Source of the DNA: Vicinamibacteria bacterium
GTDB lineage: Bacteria; Acidobacteriota; Vicinamibacteria; Marinacidobacterales; Marinacidobacteraceae
Assembly: GCA_965232015.1 (NCBI GenBank)
Contig: OZ246946.1
Span: forward strand, 3,430,612 to 3,494,611
Direction of reading: 5' to 3'
Length of the DNA: 64,000 nucleotides
A program made the translations under genes and the position numbers. The notes under the pieces were generated by a model. The model had not been told where the DNA came from. It made no database searches and was given only the letters and a program-made list of their open reading frames with translations. Positions 53,855 to 63,570 of this stretch are shown here, one piece after another. The stretch's first letter is position 1, and the number at the start of each line of letters is the position of its first letter.

Positions 53855-55030
53855 GTGCGCCGTCGAACCGGGACGTACCGGACCATCGCCACCGCCGGGG
53901 AGCCCTTCCGCGCCTTCATTCCGGCTCCGCTCCCCCCGCGGCCGCCGCTTGCGCTGACCGGAACCCTGCAGACCACCCTCGAACGCGCCCACCTCGCTCT
54001 GGGCCGCCTGGACGGCGTCTCCGGTTTGCTCCCGAATCCGGGCCTCTTCCTCTATGCCTACGTGCGAAAGGAGGCTGTCCTCTCTTCGCAGATCGAGGGT
54101 ACGCAGTCGTCGCTCTCCCAGCTCATGCTGTTCGAGGCTCATGACGCCCCGGGGGCGCCGATTGACGATGTCGTCGAAGTCTCGAACTATGTGGCCGCCT
54201 TCGACCACGGCCTTCGGCGGCTGCGCGAGGGCTTTCCCCTGTCGAATCGTCTGATTCGGGAGGTCCACGGCGTGTTGCTGCGACGGGGCCGGGGGAGCGA
54301 GAAGGACCCCGGCGAGTTTCGCCGCTCGCAGGCCTGGATCGGCGGCACGCGCCCCGGCAACGCGGTCTTCGTGCCGCCCCCACACGATGCGGTGCCAGAG
54401 TGCATGGGTGCGCTCGAGCTGTACCTGCACGACGAGAGTGGTGATCTGCCCGTGCTTGTGCGGGCGGCGCTGGCCCACGTTCAGTTCGAGACGATCCACC
54501 CGTTTCTCGACGGCAACGGACGGGTGGGCCGTCTCCTGGTGACGTTTCTCCTCTGCCACGCCGGTGTGCTCCGGCAGCCACTCCTCTACCTCAGCCTCTA
54601 CTTGAAGCGTCATCGCTCCACCTACTACGAGCTGCTGAACGAGGTAAGGGAGACGGGCGACTGGGAGCGCTGGGTCGGTTTCTTCCTGGAAGGCGTCAGC
54701 GAAGTCGCGGACCACGCCGCCGCCACCGCGGATCGGTTGTCGCGCATGTTTCGGCAGGATCGGGAATGCCTCTCCGAAGCAGCCGGCCGGCGCGCTGGAT
54801 CAGTGATCCGGGTTCATGAGGCCCTGAAGGAACGGCCGATCCTGTCCCTGCGGTCGGCGAGCGAACAGGCGGGCGTGTCGGTCACGACGGCTGCCAGAGC
54901 CATGCGGACCCTGGTGAATCACGGAATCGCAAGCGAACTCACCGGCAACCGAAGAAACCGCCTCTTCGCCTATCGCCGCTATCTCGCCGTGATCGAAGAG
55001 GGAACCGAAGTCTCGGGCGATAGCCGCTGA
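53855..55030 (+). CDS. Fic-family protein (AMPylase/adenylyltransferase) with C-terminal wHTH
   Basis: The Fic motif is HPFLDGNGRVGRLL. The start is a GTG 7 nt after AGGAGG. Confidence 0.8.
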   Translation: MRRRTGTYRTIATAGEPFRAFIPAPLPPRPPLALTGTLQTTLERAHLALGRLDGVSGLLPNPGLFLYAYVRKEAVLSSQIEGTQSSLSQLMLFEAHDAPGAPIDDVVEVSNYVAAFDHGLRRLREGFPLSNRLIREVHGVLLRRGRGSEKDPGEFRRSQAWIGGTRPGNAVFVPPPHDAVPECMGALELYLHDESGDLPVLVRAALAHVQFETIHPFLDGNGRVGRLLVTFLLCHAGVLRQPLLYLSLYLKRHRSTYYELLNEVRETGDWERWVGFFLEGVSEVADHAAATADRLSRMFRQDRECLSEAAGRRAGSVIRVHEALKERPILSLRSASEQAGVSVTTAARAMRTLVNHGIASELTGNRRNRLFAYRRYLAVIEEGTEVSGDSR

Positions 55031-55295
55031 GCGGGACTTGGGCCTGGCGATCGGGAACCCGGACCATCGGCGACCGGATGGGTCGTCGGGGAGGCTTCCA
55101 GCCTGTCAGCGGACCGCCACTCCACGCGCGTCGCCGCGACTTGCCTGCGGCGCGTCAATCAAGATGAGACATCGGCGTCAATCAGGGTGAGACACGAGTC
55201 TTGATCGAGGTGGGGATAGTGCCCGAGTTCACGCGGGCAGGGAAGGGGATGCGAGGCTACAATGTAGCAAGGTATCACCACATGAGGAGAAGCGC

Positions 55296-55550
55296 ATGGC
55301 TCTCAATATCCGCAATCAGGAGGCAGAACGCCTTGCTTCTGAGCTGGCCCGGCTCACGACCGAGACGAAGACGGCAGCAGTGACGAAAGCGCTGCGGGAC
55401 CGGCTCGCCCGGGTCCGGCGAGGTCGCGACACGACGACTCTGGCTGACCGGCTGGTGGCGATCGGGAAGGAGTGCGCCGCGCTCCCGGTCCTCGACGAGC
55501 GGTCCAGCGACGAAATCCTCGGTTACGGCGAAGACGGGCTGCCAGGCTGA
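55296..55550 (+). CDS. vapB: Type II antitoxin VapB (RHH, 'MALNIRN' type)
   Basis: MALNIRNQEAERLASELARLTTETKTAAVTKAL... It is immediately upstream of a PIN gene, overlapping it. Confidence 0.7.
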   Translation: MALNIRNQEAERLASELARLTTETKTAAVTKALRDRLARVRRGRDTTTLADRLVAIGKECAALPVLDERSSDEILGYGEDGLPG

Positions 55551-55945
55551 TGGTTGTGGACGCTTCCGCGCTGCTCGCGATCCTGCAGGCGGAACCGGAG
55601 GCCCGTGGCTTCGCCGAGGCGATCGAGGCAGCGGCGAGTCCGACGCTCTCCGTCGTTTCGTTCGTGGAGGCGTCCATGGTCCTCGACTCCCGATATGGCG
55701 CGGCAGGCCGCGACTGGCTCGACCGCTTGCTTCGGGAATGCGGGATGGAGCCCGTACCCGTGGACCTCGAGCAGGCCCGGATAGCGCGCGATGCGTTCCG
55801 CGACTTTGGGAAGGGTCGCCACCCGGCCCGGCTGAATTTCGGCGACTGTTTTTCCTATGCGCTCGCGAAACAGCGGAGCGAGACCCTGCTCTTCAAGGGA
55901 GGCGATTTCGCCTTGACGGATATCCGGCCGGCGGTAGCTCCGTGA
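55550..55945 (+). CDS. vapC: Type II toxin VapC (PIN domain)
   Basis: MVVDASALLAIL...FVEAS...FGDCFSYALA... is a PIN acidic-residue pattern. The start overlaps the vapB stop. Confidence 0.75.
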   Translation: MVVDASALLAILQAEPEARGFAEAIEAAASPTLSVVSFVEASMVLDSRYGAAGRDWLDRLLRECGMEPVPVDLEQARIARDAFRDFGKGRHPARLNFGDCFSYALAKQRSETLLFKGGDFALTDIRPAVAP

Positions 55946-56017
55946 GCCGTCCGGGGCGGTGCTCGATTGGAGCGAGAAGTGAGAGCCATCCTTGCCGCGC
56001 TGCCAAGGCGTGATGTG

Positions 56018-56272
56018 ATGGCCTGGTGCGAACTCGTAATCCGCGGCGTGGATGAAGATCTGTTCGCTCGCTTGCGCGCTGCCAGCGCCGCCGCGGGCGA
56101 GAGTGTGGACGAGACTGCGATCCGCCTGCTGCGTGAGGGCTTGCGGGTGGAGGGGCGCGTGGAGCGATTCCGGCGCTACGTCACCTGGACCGAGCAGGAC
56201 GCTCGGGAATTCGATGCCGCGCTTCGCGCCCAGTGTGCGGTGGACCCGGAGGCATGGGCATCCGCCGGATGA
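56018..56272 (+). CDS. RHH (Arc/MetJ-like, FitA/StbC-type) antitoxin-like protein, no adjacent toxin
   Basis: ...LVIRGVDEDLFARLRAASAAAGESVDETAIRLLREGL... matches VapB/StbC RHH antitoxins. The start is uncertain (TTG 55967, GTG 56015 or ATG 56018). Confidence 0.45.
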   Translation: MAWCELVIRGVDEDLFARLRAASAAAGESVDETAIRLLREGLRVEGRVERFRRYVTWTEQDAREFDAALRAQCAVDPEAWASAG

Positions 56273-56343
56273 GTTGGCCGTCCCCGGTCCGCTCCGGGTC
56301 CTCCCGGTAGAATCGCCGCCCTTTCCCGGACCCCGACTGCGAC

Positions 56344-58647
56344 TTGGCGATCAGAACCCAGACCATCGGCGACCCGGTGCGCCGCCGGGAAGATCCCCGG
56401 CTCGTCACCGGACAGGCGCTCTACACCGGGGACATCCGGCTCCCGGGAGCCCTCCATCTGGCGCTGGTGCGGAGCCCGTATCCCCACGCGGACATCACCG
56501 GTATCGAGACCGGAGATGCCGCGGCGATGCCCGGAGTCCGGGGCGTCTTCACCGGGGCCGACATCCTGCCCACGCTGAAGGAGCCTTTCCCGGTGGCGAC
56601 GGGTTCGACCGGGGGGTCGTTCGAGTCCCTCCATCTCCCCGGCTCGGGTCCCATCGCCGACGATCGGGTGCGGATGGTCGGGGATCCGGTGGTCGCGGTG
56701 GTGGCGGAGACGCCCCAGCAGGCGGTGGACGCGGCGGCGGCGGTGTGGGTGGATTACCGCGACCGACGGGGCGCCGGCGACTGCCGCGCCGCGCTCGCCG
56801 CCGCCGCCGAGCCGCTCTACGACGGCGTTCCCGGGAACCGCGCCTTCCACTGGGAGCTCCCCTCGAACCGCGAGCCCGACCCGGCCGCGGTCGTCGTGTC
56901 GCAGGAGTTCCGCATCCAGCGGCTCATCCCGATGGCGATGGAGCCGCGCGCGGTGGCGGCGCAACCGGACGGGGATCGGATCACCCTGTGGACCTCGACC
57001 CAATCCGCGCACCGGGTCCGTTCGAGCGTGGCGAAGATCCTCGGCATCGAGCGGGAGCGGATCCGCTGCGTCGCGCCCGAAGTCGGCGGCGGCTTCGGCG
57101 CCAAGGCGAACCTCTATCCCGAAGAGGTTCTCGTCCCGTGGCTCGCGCTCCGGTTCGGGGCGCCAGTGCGCTGGGCCGCGACCCGGACCGAGGACTTCCA
57201 GACCACCAGCCACGGCCGGAATCTCTTCGCCCGGCTCGAAGTGCGGGCCGATCCCGACGGTCGGGTCCGGCACGCCGACGTCGAGATGCAGTTCGACTGC
57301 GGCGCGTGGTTCAGTCGTCCCGGTCCGACGACCCCGTCGCTCACCGGGTCCATGATCGTCGGCCCCTACGACATCGCCACCGCCGCCGCCCGCGCCGACG
57401 GGGCCTTCACGACGACCGCGCCCAACGAGCCCTACCGGGGTTCCGGGCGTCCCGAAGCGACCTACCTGATCGAGCGGATGCTCGACATCCTCGCCGGACG
57501 GCTCGGGCTCGACCCGGTGGAGATCCGCCGCCGCAACCTGATCCCCGCCCACCGCTTCCCCTACCGGACCGCCACCGGGCTGACCTACGACAGCGGCGAG
57601 TACGAGCGTGCGCTCGACCTCGCGCTCGAGGCCGGGGACTACGCCGGGCTCCGCGCCGAGCAGACCCGGCGCCGCGCCGAGGGTGGCAACCCGCTCGGGA
57701 TCGGCGTCGCCTGCTACGTCGAGATCTGCGGCTTCGGTCCGTGGGAGGCCGGTGGCGTTACGGTCGAGGACGACGGCTCGGTCACGGTGCGGAGCGGGAC
57801 CTCGCCCCACGGCCAGGGACACGAGACGGCGTGGGCGCAGATCGCGGCGCAGCAGCTCGGGGTGGATCCGGCGCGGGTCACGGTGCTCCACGGCGACACC
57901 GACGAGTGCCCGCGTGGGATCGGCACCTTCGGGAGCCGGAGCGCCCCGGTGGGCGGCGCTGCGATCTTCACGAACGCCGAGACGGTGCGCGAGCAGGCGA
58001 AGCGTCTCGCCGCGTCGCTGCTCGAAGCGGCCCCCGAGGACATCCGATTCGAGGAGGGACGCTTCTTCGTCGCCGGCTCGCCGGCGCGCGCGGTCGGCTG
58101 GACCGAGCTCGCTGCCTACGCTGCGAGCGACGAGTCACCGGACGATGCGAGTGACGCGCTCACCGCGGACACCGACTTCCGGCCGCCGGGTGAGACGTTC
58201 CCCTTCGGATCTCATCTCTGCGCTGTCGAGATCGAACCCGAGACCGGCGAGCTCTCGATCGTCCGCTACATCTCGGTGGATGACTGCGGCCGCGTCATCA
58301 ATCCGCTGCTCGCCGAGGGGCAGGTCCATGGCGGGCTCGCCCAGGGCATCTCGCAGGCGCTTTTCGAGAACGCCGCCTACGACGCCGAGGGGAACTTCCT
58401 CACCGGGTCGCTCCTGGAGTACGCCGTCCCGCGTGCCGACATGCTCCCCGACTACGAGCTGCGCCGCACCGTTACGCCGACTTCGATCAACCCCCTCGGC
58501 GCCAAGGGGATCGGGGAGGCCGCGACGATCGGCTCGACTCCGGCGGTCGTGAATGCCGTAGTAGATGCGCTCCGTCCGTGGGGCGTCGAGCATCTTGACA
58601 CTCCGCTCACCCCGGAGAAAATCTGGCGCGCGATGAACGCGTCGTAG
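56344..58647 (+). CDS. Xanthine-dehydrogenase-family molybdopterin-binding subunit (CoxL/aldehyde oxidoreductase large-subunit-like)
   Basis: ...IGDPVRRREDPRLVTGQALYTGD... is the N-terminal a/b-hammerhead signature. ...GGGFGAK... is the Mo-cofactor region, and there is a C-terminal ...GAKGIGE... The start is TTG at 56344, which is uncertain. No adjacent FAD or FeS subunit genes. Confidence 0.8.
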   Translation: MAIRTQTIGDPVRRREDPRLVTGQALYTGDIRLPGALHLALVRSPYPHADITGIETGDAAAMPGVRGVFTGADILPTLKEPFPVATGSTGGSFESLHLPGSGPIADDRVRMVGDPVVAVVAETPQQAVDAAAAVWVDYRDRRGAGDCRAALAAAAEPLYDGVPGNRAFHWELPSNREPDPAAVVVSQEFRIQRLIPMAMEPRAVAAQPDGDRITLWTSTQSAHRVRSSVAKILGIERERIRCVAPEVGGGFGAKANLYPEEVLVPWLALRFGAPVRWAATRTEDFQTTSHGRNLFARLEVRADPDGRVRHADVEMQFDCGAWFSRPGPTTPSLTGSMIVGPYDIATAAARADGAFTTTAPNEPYRGSGRPEATYLIERMLDILAGRLGLDPVEIRRRNLIPAHRFPYRTATGLTYDSGEYERALDLALEAGDYAGLRAEQTRRRAEGGNPLGIGVACYVEICGFGPWEAGGVTVEDDGSVTVRSGTSPHGQGHETAWAQIAAQQLGVDPARVTVLHGDTDECPRGIGTFGSRSAPVGGAAIFTNAETVREQAKRLAASLLEAAPEDIRFEEGRFFVAGSPARAVGWTELAAYAASDESPDDASDALTADTDFRPPGETFPFGSHLCAVEIEPETGELSIVRYISVDDCGRVINPLLAEGQVHGGLAQGISQALFENAAYDAEGNFLTGSLLEYAVPRADMLPDYELRRTVTPTSINPLGAKGIGEAATIGSTPAVVNAVVDALRPWGVEHLDTPLTPEKIWRAMNAS

Positions 58648-58654
58648 CCACGAA

Positions 58655-59623
58655 GTGATGGGAGTGTCCGGGACCAAGGCCAGGGGCGAACTCGCCCGCC
58701 TGGAGCCAGTGAAGCTGCGTGAGGCTTGGCCCAATGAGGCCGCCGACTTCACTCCATGGCTCGCTGAGCCAGGAAATCTCGGTCTCCTCGGCGAGACGCT
58801 GGGACTTCAGCTCGAAGACGCGCAGACGGAGGTTGCGGTCGGCGGCTTCTCCGCCGACGTGATCGCAACAAACGCCGCTGACGATCGGCGGGTCCTCATC
58901 GAAAACCAATTGAGGCGGACCGATCACGGGCACTTAGGACAGATACTGACCTATGCTGCCGGGCTCGACGCACTCACCGTGATCTGGATCGCGCAGCGGT
59001 TCACCGACGAGCACCGAGCGGCGCTCGAATGGCTCAACAACCACACGAGCCGCGAGATCCAGTTCTTCGGCCTCGAGATCGAGCTCTGGAGGATCGGAGA
59101 CTCTCCGTATGCCCCGAAGTTCAACGTCGTCGCGAAACCCAATAGGTTGACGAAGCCACGGTCCAGCACGGGAGGACTCTCGGAGACCAGACAGGCGCAG
59201 CTCGACTTCTGGCGCGACTTTTCGGACCATGCTTCGCAGAATGCGAAGCGGATCACGCCGACCATGCCGAGGCCACAGCTCTGGATGGGCATGGCTATCG
59301 GCAGGACAGGGTTCGGATTGAGGGCCATCGCCTCGACTTGGGGCGAAGGAGCCAAACCTGAAGTACGTGCCGAGGTCGTGATCCGAGACTCGGAGACCCA
59401 TTACCCCCTGCTCGAAAGGGATCGGGACGCGATCGGGCGTGAATTCGAGGGGAATCCGCTTAGCTGGTATGCCCCGGAAGAGGGAGGAGACGCGAAGATC
59501 TATGTCCGCCGAGAAGTCGACTGGCGCGACCGAGCCGAGCGGGCTGCGTGCTTTGAGTGGCTCGTGAAGCACCTCGACGAGCTGCACCGGGTATTCCAGC
59601 CGCGGATCCAGAAACTCGGGTAG
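58655..59623 (+). CDS. DUF4268-family protein
   Basis: ...VKLREAWPNEAADFTPWLAEPGNLGLLGETLGL... is the conserved DUF4268 N-terminus. Lower GC. Confidence 0.55.
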   Translation: MMGVSGTKARGELARLEPVKLREAWPNEAADFTPWLAEPGNLGLLGETLGLQLEDAQTEVAVGGFSADVIATNAADDRRVLIENQLRRTDHGHLGQILTYAAGLDALTVIWIAQRFTDEHRAALEWLNNHTSREIQFFGLEIELWRIGDSPYAPKFNVVAKPNRLTKPRSSTGGLSETRQAQLDFWRDFSDHASQNAKRITPTMPRPQLWMGMAIGRTGFGLRAIASTWGEGAKPEVRAEVVIRDSETHYPLLERDRDAIGREFEGNPLSWYAPEEGGDAKIYVRREVDWRDRAERAACFEWLVKHLDELHRVFQPRIQKLG

Positions 59624-59696
59624 GCCTTCCACCGCGACTGTTTCGCGCGCCCGACGGAACGGCAGCGGTCCCCTTGGGCAGTGGCGCCGCCGCTGT

Positions 59697-60629
59697 TCAG
59701 GAGTTCGGGGTGGGTTTCCCCGCGCCCTCGATGACCTTCATCGCGGTCGCCACGAAACCGGACACATCGGCCAGGTTCTGGGGGAGGATGATCGTGTTGT
59801 TCGTTCGCGCGAGGTTGCCGAACTCGCCGACGTACTGCTCGGCGACGCGGATACGGGCGGAATCCAGCCCGCCGGGGGAGGAGATGGCTTGGCCGACCTG
59901 TCGGATCCCCTCCGCAGTGGCCGAAGCGACGGCGAGGATGGCCTCCGCCTCGCCCTGCGCCTCGTTGATCTGCCGCTGTCGCTGGGCCTCCGATTCCCGG
60001 ATCACCCGCTGCTTCTCTCCTTCGGCGCGGTTGATCTGCGCATCGCGATCCGCTTCCGACGCGAGGATCGTGGCGCGCTTCTCGCGCTCTGCCCGCATCT
60101 GCTTCTCCATCGCCTGCAGAACATCGCGCGGCGGCGCGATGTCGCGGATCTCGTAGCGCAGGACCTTGACTCCCCAGGGATCGCTCGCCCGGTCCACTTC
60201 CTCGACGACGGCTGCGTTGATCGCCGCGCGCTCCTCGAAGGTTCGGTCGAGATCGAGTTTGCCGACTTCGCTTCGAAGCGTGGTCTGCGCAAGCTGGGCG
60301 ATCGCGAAGTCGTAGTTGCTGATGCCGTAGGAGGCGCGCTGCGCATCCACGACCTGCACATAGAGGACGCCGTCCACCGAAATCTGAACGTTGTCCCGCG
60401 TGATGCAGACCTGCTGCGCGATGTCGATGGCGGTCTCCTTGAGCGAATGGCGATACGCCACTCGATCCACGAACGGGACGAGGAGATGGAATCCGGCGGT
60501 GAGACTCTTGCGGAAGCGGCCGAGTCGCTCCACGACGAACACCTGTTGCTGGGGCACGACCCGGGCGGTCCGGAAGAGAGTGATCACGGCCAGCAGCGCG
60601 ATCAGTCCGGCGACGATCTGAAATCCCAT
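59697..60629 (-). CDS. SPFH/band-7 (stomatin-like) protein
   Basis: An N-terminal TM helix is followed by ...QQQVFVVERLGRFRKSL...TRDNVQISVDGVLYVQVVD... (PHB domain) and a C-terminal coiled coil. Confidence 0.85.
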   Translation of the reverse strand: MGFQIVAGLIALLAVITLFRTARVVPQQQVFVVERLGRFRKSLTAGFHLLVPFVDRVAYRHSLKETAIDIAQQVCITRDNVQISVDGVLYVQVVDAQRASYGISNYDFAIAQLAQTTLRSEVGKLDLDRTFEERAAINAAVVEEVDRASDPWGVKVLRYEIRDIAPPRDVLQAMEKQMRAEREKRATILASEADRDAQINRAEGEKQRVIRESEAQRQRQINEAQGEAEAILAVASATAEGIRQVGQAISSPGGLDSARIRVAEQYVGEFGNLARTNNTIILPQNLADVSGFVATAMKVIEGAGKPTPNS

Positions 60630-60665
60630 CGAGTGGTCCTCCTCAGTTCAGGTGAAAGGCGATGC

Positions 60666-61085
60666 TCACGAGGGCTCGACGAACAGCGTGATGCCCTGCA
60701 TCCGCGTGACGCGCACCGGGGCCCCGGCCCCGATCGCCTGCTCGGTGGCCGCCCGCGCCGGCCACCTCGATCCGCGGAACTCGGCCTGTCCCGGCTTGCC
60801 GGGCAGGATTTCGGTGGCGGCCGTGCCGATCTCCCCCACCAGCGACTCGGATCCCACCGAAGGCGCCGCCGCGCCGACATCGAGGCGCCGACGCACGAAG
60901 AAGACCGAAACCGCGAGCAGGGCGAAGAGCGCGAGCTGCGGGGCAAGCGCGGTCAGCCCGACGCCGGCTCCGAGCCCCACGATCACCGCCGCGAGCCCGA
61001 TGAGCAGGAGCCACAGCTCCCCCCCGACGAGGAGTTCGAGAGCAGCGAGCAAGGCCCCCGCCCCGATCCAGATCCACCAGGCCAT
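60666..61085 (-). CDS. NfeD-family membrane protein (stomatin operon partner)
   Basis: About 139 aa, three TM helices, then the C-terminal OB-fold region ...GTAATEILPGKPGQAEFRGSRWPARA.... It is directly upstream of the SPFH gene. Confidence 0.7.
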   Translation of the reverse strand: MAWWIWIGAGALLAALELLVGGELWLLLIGLAAVIVGLGAGVGLTALAPQLALFALLAVSVFFVRRRLDVGAAAPSVGSESLVGEIGTAATEILPGKPGQAEFRGSRWPARAATEQAIGAGAPVRVTRMQGITLFVEPS

Positions 61086-61252
61086 CCCGCGGACTCTACC
61101 CGGCCCCTCTGGCGTTCCCGCCTGGAGTTCCCGGACTTCGGGCACACTCTCGTTCGTTGGGTGACATCCACGAGGAGGATCCGGATGGCGAAGAGCGGCC
61201 AACGGGATGCGTCGGTCTCAACGGGCGCGATTTCCAGGAGGTCCGAGGTGCG

Positions 61253-61651
61253 ATGACGAATGGTGAAAACCTGCGGATCTGCCGGCTGATCGCCCGTGCT
61301 CCGTGGCGGGAAGCGGTTACCTTCCGGAACACGTGGCCGCACGAATACGTGCTCAGCAGGAAGGACGACCAGCGCGATCTGTTCGAGACCGTGATCGCGC
61401 GGTTCCTCGCAGGAGAGGGCGTCAACGGATCCTTCTTCGGTCGGCCCAACCGGTATCTCTTCGTCGGCGACCACAAGTACTGGTTCATGACTCCCGCGGA
61501 GGCCGTGGATCTCGACGACGGGCAGAACTACGTGCTGAATCGGGCGCGCTTCTATCGTGACCGGCGTGATTTCGTGATCCAGCGGGGCGATACGGGAAGG
61601 CGCGAGGACTACCCGACTCGACCCGCGACTCCGACCCGCAGCTCCGGCTGA
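61253..61651 (+). CDS. Hypothetical protein
   Basis: 132-aa ORF from the ATG at 61253 (MTNGENLRICRLIARAPW...); no family recognised. Confidence 0.4.
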   Translation: MTNGENLRICRLIARAPWREAVTFRNTWPHEYVLSRKDDQRDLFETVIARFLAGEGVNGSFFGRPNRYLFVGDHKYWFMTPAEAVDLDDGQNYVLNRARFYRDRRDFVIQRGDTGRREDYPTRPATPTRSSG

Positions 61652-61661
61652 GGCTCCGGGT

Positions 61662-62279
61662 TCAGCACGCGCCGCCGGAATCCCCTGCGAGGTCGTGAAG
61701 GGCGGCCCGCAGATCGTCCAGAAACGCCTTCAAGGACGGATCGTTCTTCCCGGCTCGATAGAAGTTCATGGCGGCCACGATCGCCGGCGCGAAGTCCAGC
61801 CCGCCAGCCAGCGTCGGGTGCCCTGCCCGCCGAATCGTGTGCGCGAGCAGCCGCTTGTAGTAGGAGCGCTCGCACTTGGTGGTCGTGACCTCGGGGCCCT
61901 TGCCGACAACCTCCTTGAATGAGGTCGGATCCGCCAGGTACCAGCGCTCGATGTGGGGGTCGGGGCAGGCCATCACGAGACGCTCGAGGAAGCCTGCTGC
62001 CGTGGCGCCGCGGATTTCGTTCTGCTGCTTTGCCAGTGACGAGCAGTTGGCATCGATAGCGACGATGAGGAGATCGGCCAGCGGGGCTCCGCCCGTGAGG
62101 GCCACCCGCTGAGCCTTCCGGAAAGCCTGGAGGGCGCGCGGATGGCCTCCGCGCGCCGCGAGCGTCCGAAGCCTGACGGATACGCCGACTTCGTGCGCGA
62201 GGCGCCGGATCACCGGTATCAGGAATTCCTCGTGCGCTCGGTCTTCACAGGAGAGATCGACCTCGATCCGCTCAGCCAT
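61662..62279 (-). CDS. DUF4276-like protein (partner of an AAA_21 ATPase; predicted Toprim/OLD-like fold)
   Basis: 205 aa, overlapping the upstream ATPase gene by 8 nt. ...LADLLIVAIDAD... is an acidic patch. The family call is tentative. Confidence 0.45.
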   Translation of the reverse strand: MAERIEVDLSCEDRAHEEFLIPVIRRLAHEVGVSVRLRTLAARGGHPRALQAFRKAQRVALTGGAPLADLLIVAIDANCSSLAKQQNEIRGATAAGFLERLVMACPDPHIERWYLADPTSFKEVVGKGPEVTTTKCERSYYKRLLAHTIRRAGHPTLAGGLDFAPAIVAAMNFYRAGKNDPSLKAFLDDLRAALHDLAGDSGGAC

Positions 62280-63516
62280 GGAGGAACCCCCGCATCAAGA
62301 GGCTCTGGAACACGGCTTCTCCCGGCTGCGTCGTGAGGGCCTCCAGCACTTCCGCCCTGCGGAACAGTGGTCCAGACACCTCGAGCGGTTCGATCGTGCT
62401 CCCGGAGGAACCGGCCTCGCAGCGGAAAAGGCCCAGATCCATCTCGGGAATCGCGTCGCGCAGGCCGAGGATCGCGTCCACGAAGATCGGCGAGTGCGTG
62501 GTCACGATCACTTGACGATGGGTTGCCAGTTCGGTCAGCAGCCGGGCGATCCAGTCGATCTGCTGCGGGGCGACCCCGTTCTCCGGTTCCTCGAGGGCCA
62601 CGAGCGATCCCGCCCACGGGTTCACTGCGATGGCGCACAGCGCGAGTACGCGGAGGGTCCCCTCGGACACCACGCGGATCGAGACTGCGGCGCCCGCCTG
62701 ACGGATCCACAGCTCGGCGGTTCCCCGGGACGGGTGAAGCGTGAGCTCGAGTCCTTCGACGTTCGGTACCGCAGCCTGGAGGGTCCGGCAGACGGCATCG
62801 AAGTACTTGGGCCGATCCCCGCGCAGCCGATGGAGGAACGACACGAGCGCCTCCCCGTGGATCCCGATGTCGGAAACGGCCGCGCGCGCTTGCTCCTTTC
62901 GCATCTCCATGCGGGGCTCCAGGTAGTACGTTCGCCAGTTCGCGAGCTCGTCACGCACATGGTCGAGGTGGGCGTAGCCGTTTCGGCTCAGACTCCGATC
63001 GGAGAGCACGGTGTGGTTCAGACCGATCCGCTCTTCTCGTGGGCGGGAGCCCGACCCGCGTTTCCGGATCCGCAGAATGTCCCCCTCGGACTCGATGGGA
63101 GGCGCAGGCCTTCGCTTCGGACGATTGGATTGGTTCAGCTCGGCGAGGTACTCGTCTGCGACGGCGAGCTCTCCAGATTCGTAGTGGATGCGCGGTGCGA
63201 CCCGGTAGCGCCAAGCCCGTCCGTCGGCGTCGAAGTCCCCCTCCAGCGAGAACTGGCCGAACTCTCTGCCCATCTGAGCTTCAATGCCCGCCGCGTCCAT
63301 CGAGAAGGCCTCGAACGCGTAGCCTCGGACCGGGAAGGGCAGCGCGAGGGCATCGTGCAGGGTCCGGGCGTTCCCCAGCCACGAGAGGACCTGGAGCGCT
63401 TCGAGAAAGTTGCTCTTCCCCGAGGCGTTGGGGCCGAACAGCACCGCCAGCCTTGGTAGCTCCACGTCCACATCGCGGAGCGACTTGAAGCCCTGGACCG
63501 CGAACCGCTTCAGCAT
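62272..63516 (-). CDS. AAA_21/ABC-type ATPase (SMC/OLD-family-like)
   Basis: Walker A is ...LAVLFGPNASGKSNFLEAL.... ...LVALEEPENGVAP... is a Walker B, and ...IVTTHSP... is an H-loop. Confidence 0.7.
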   Translation of the reverse strand: MLKRFAVQGFKSLRDVDVELPRLAVLFGPNASGKSNFLEALQVLSWLGNARTLHDALALPFPVRGYAFEAFSMDAAGIEAQMGREFGQFSLEGDFDADGRAWRYRVAPRIHYESGELAVADEYLAELNQSNRPKRRPAPPIESEGDILRIRKRGSGSRPREERIGLNHTVLSDRSLSRNGYAHLDHVRDELANWRTYYLEPRMEMRKEQARAAVSDIGIHGEALVSFLHRLRGDRPKYFDAVCRTLQAAVPNVEGLELTLHPSRGTAELWIRQAGAAVSIRVVSEGTLRVLALCAIAVNPWAGSLVALEEPENGVAPQQIDWIARLLTELATHRQVIVTTHSPIFVDAILGLRDAIPEMDLGLFRCEAGSSGSTIEPLEVSGPLFRRAEVLEALTTQPGEAVFQSLLMRGFLHG

Positions 63517-63570
63517 GAGTTCATCCTATCCGGGCACGAGGCTCGGGCTCCGACCTGTTCGTGGTCGCCA

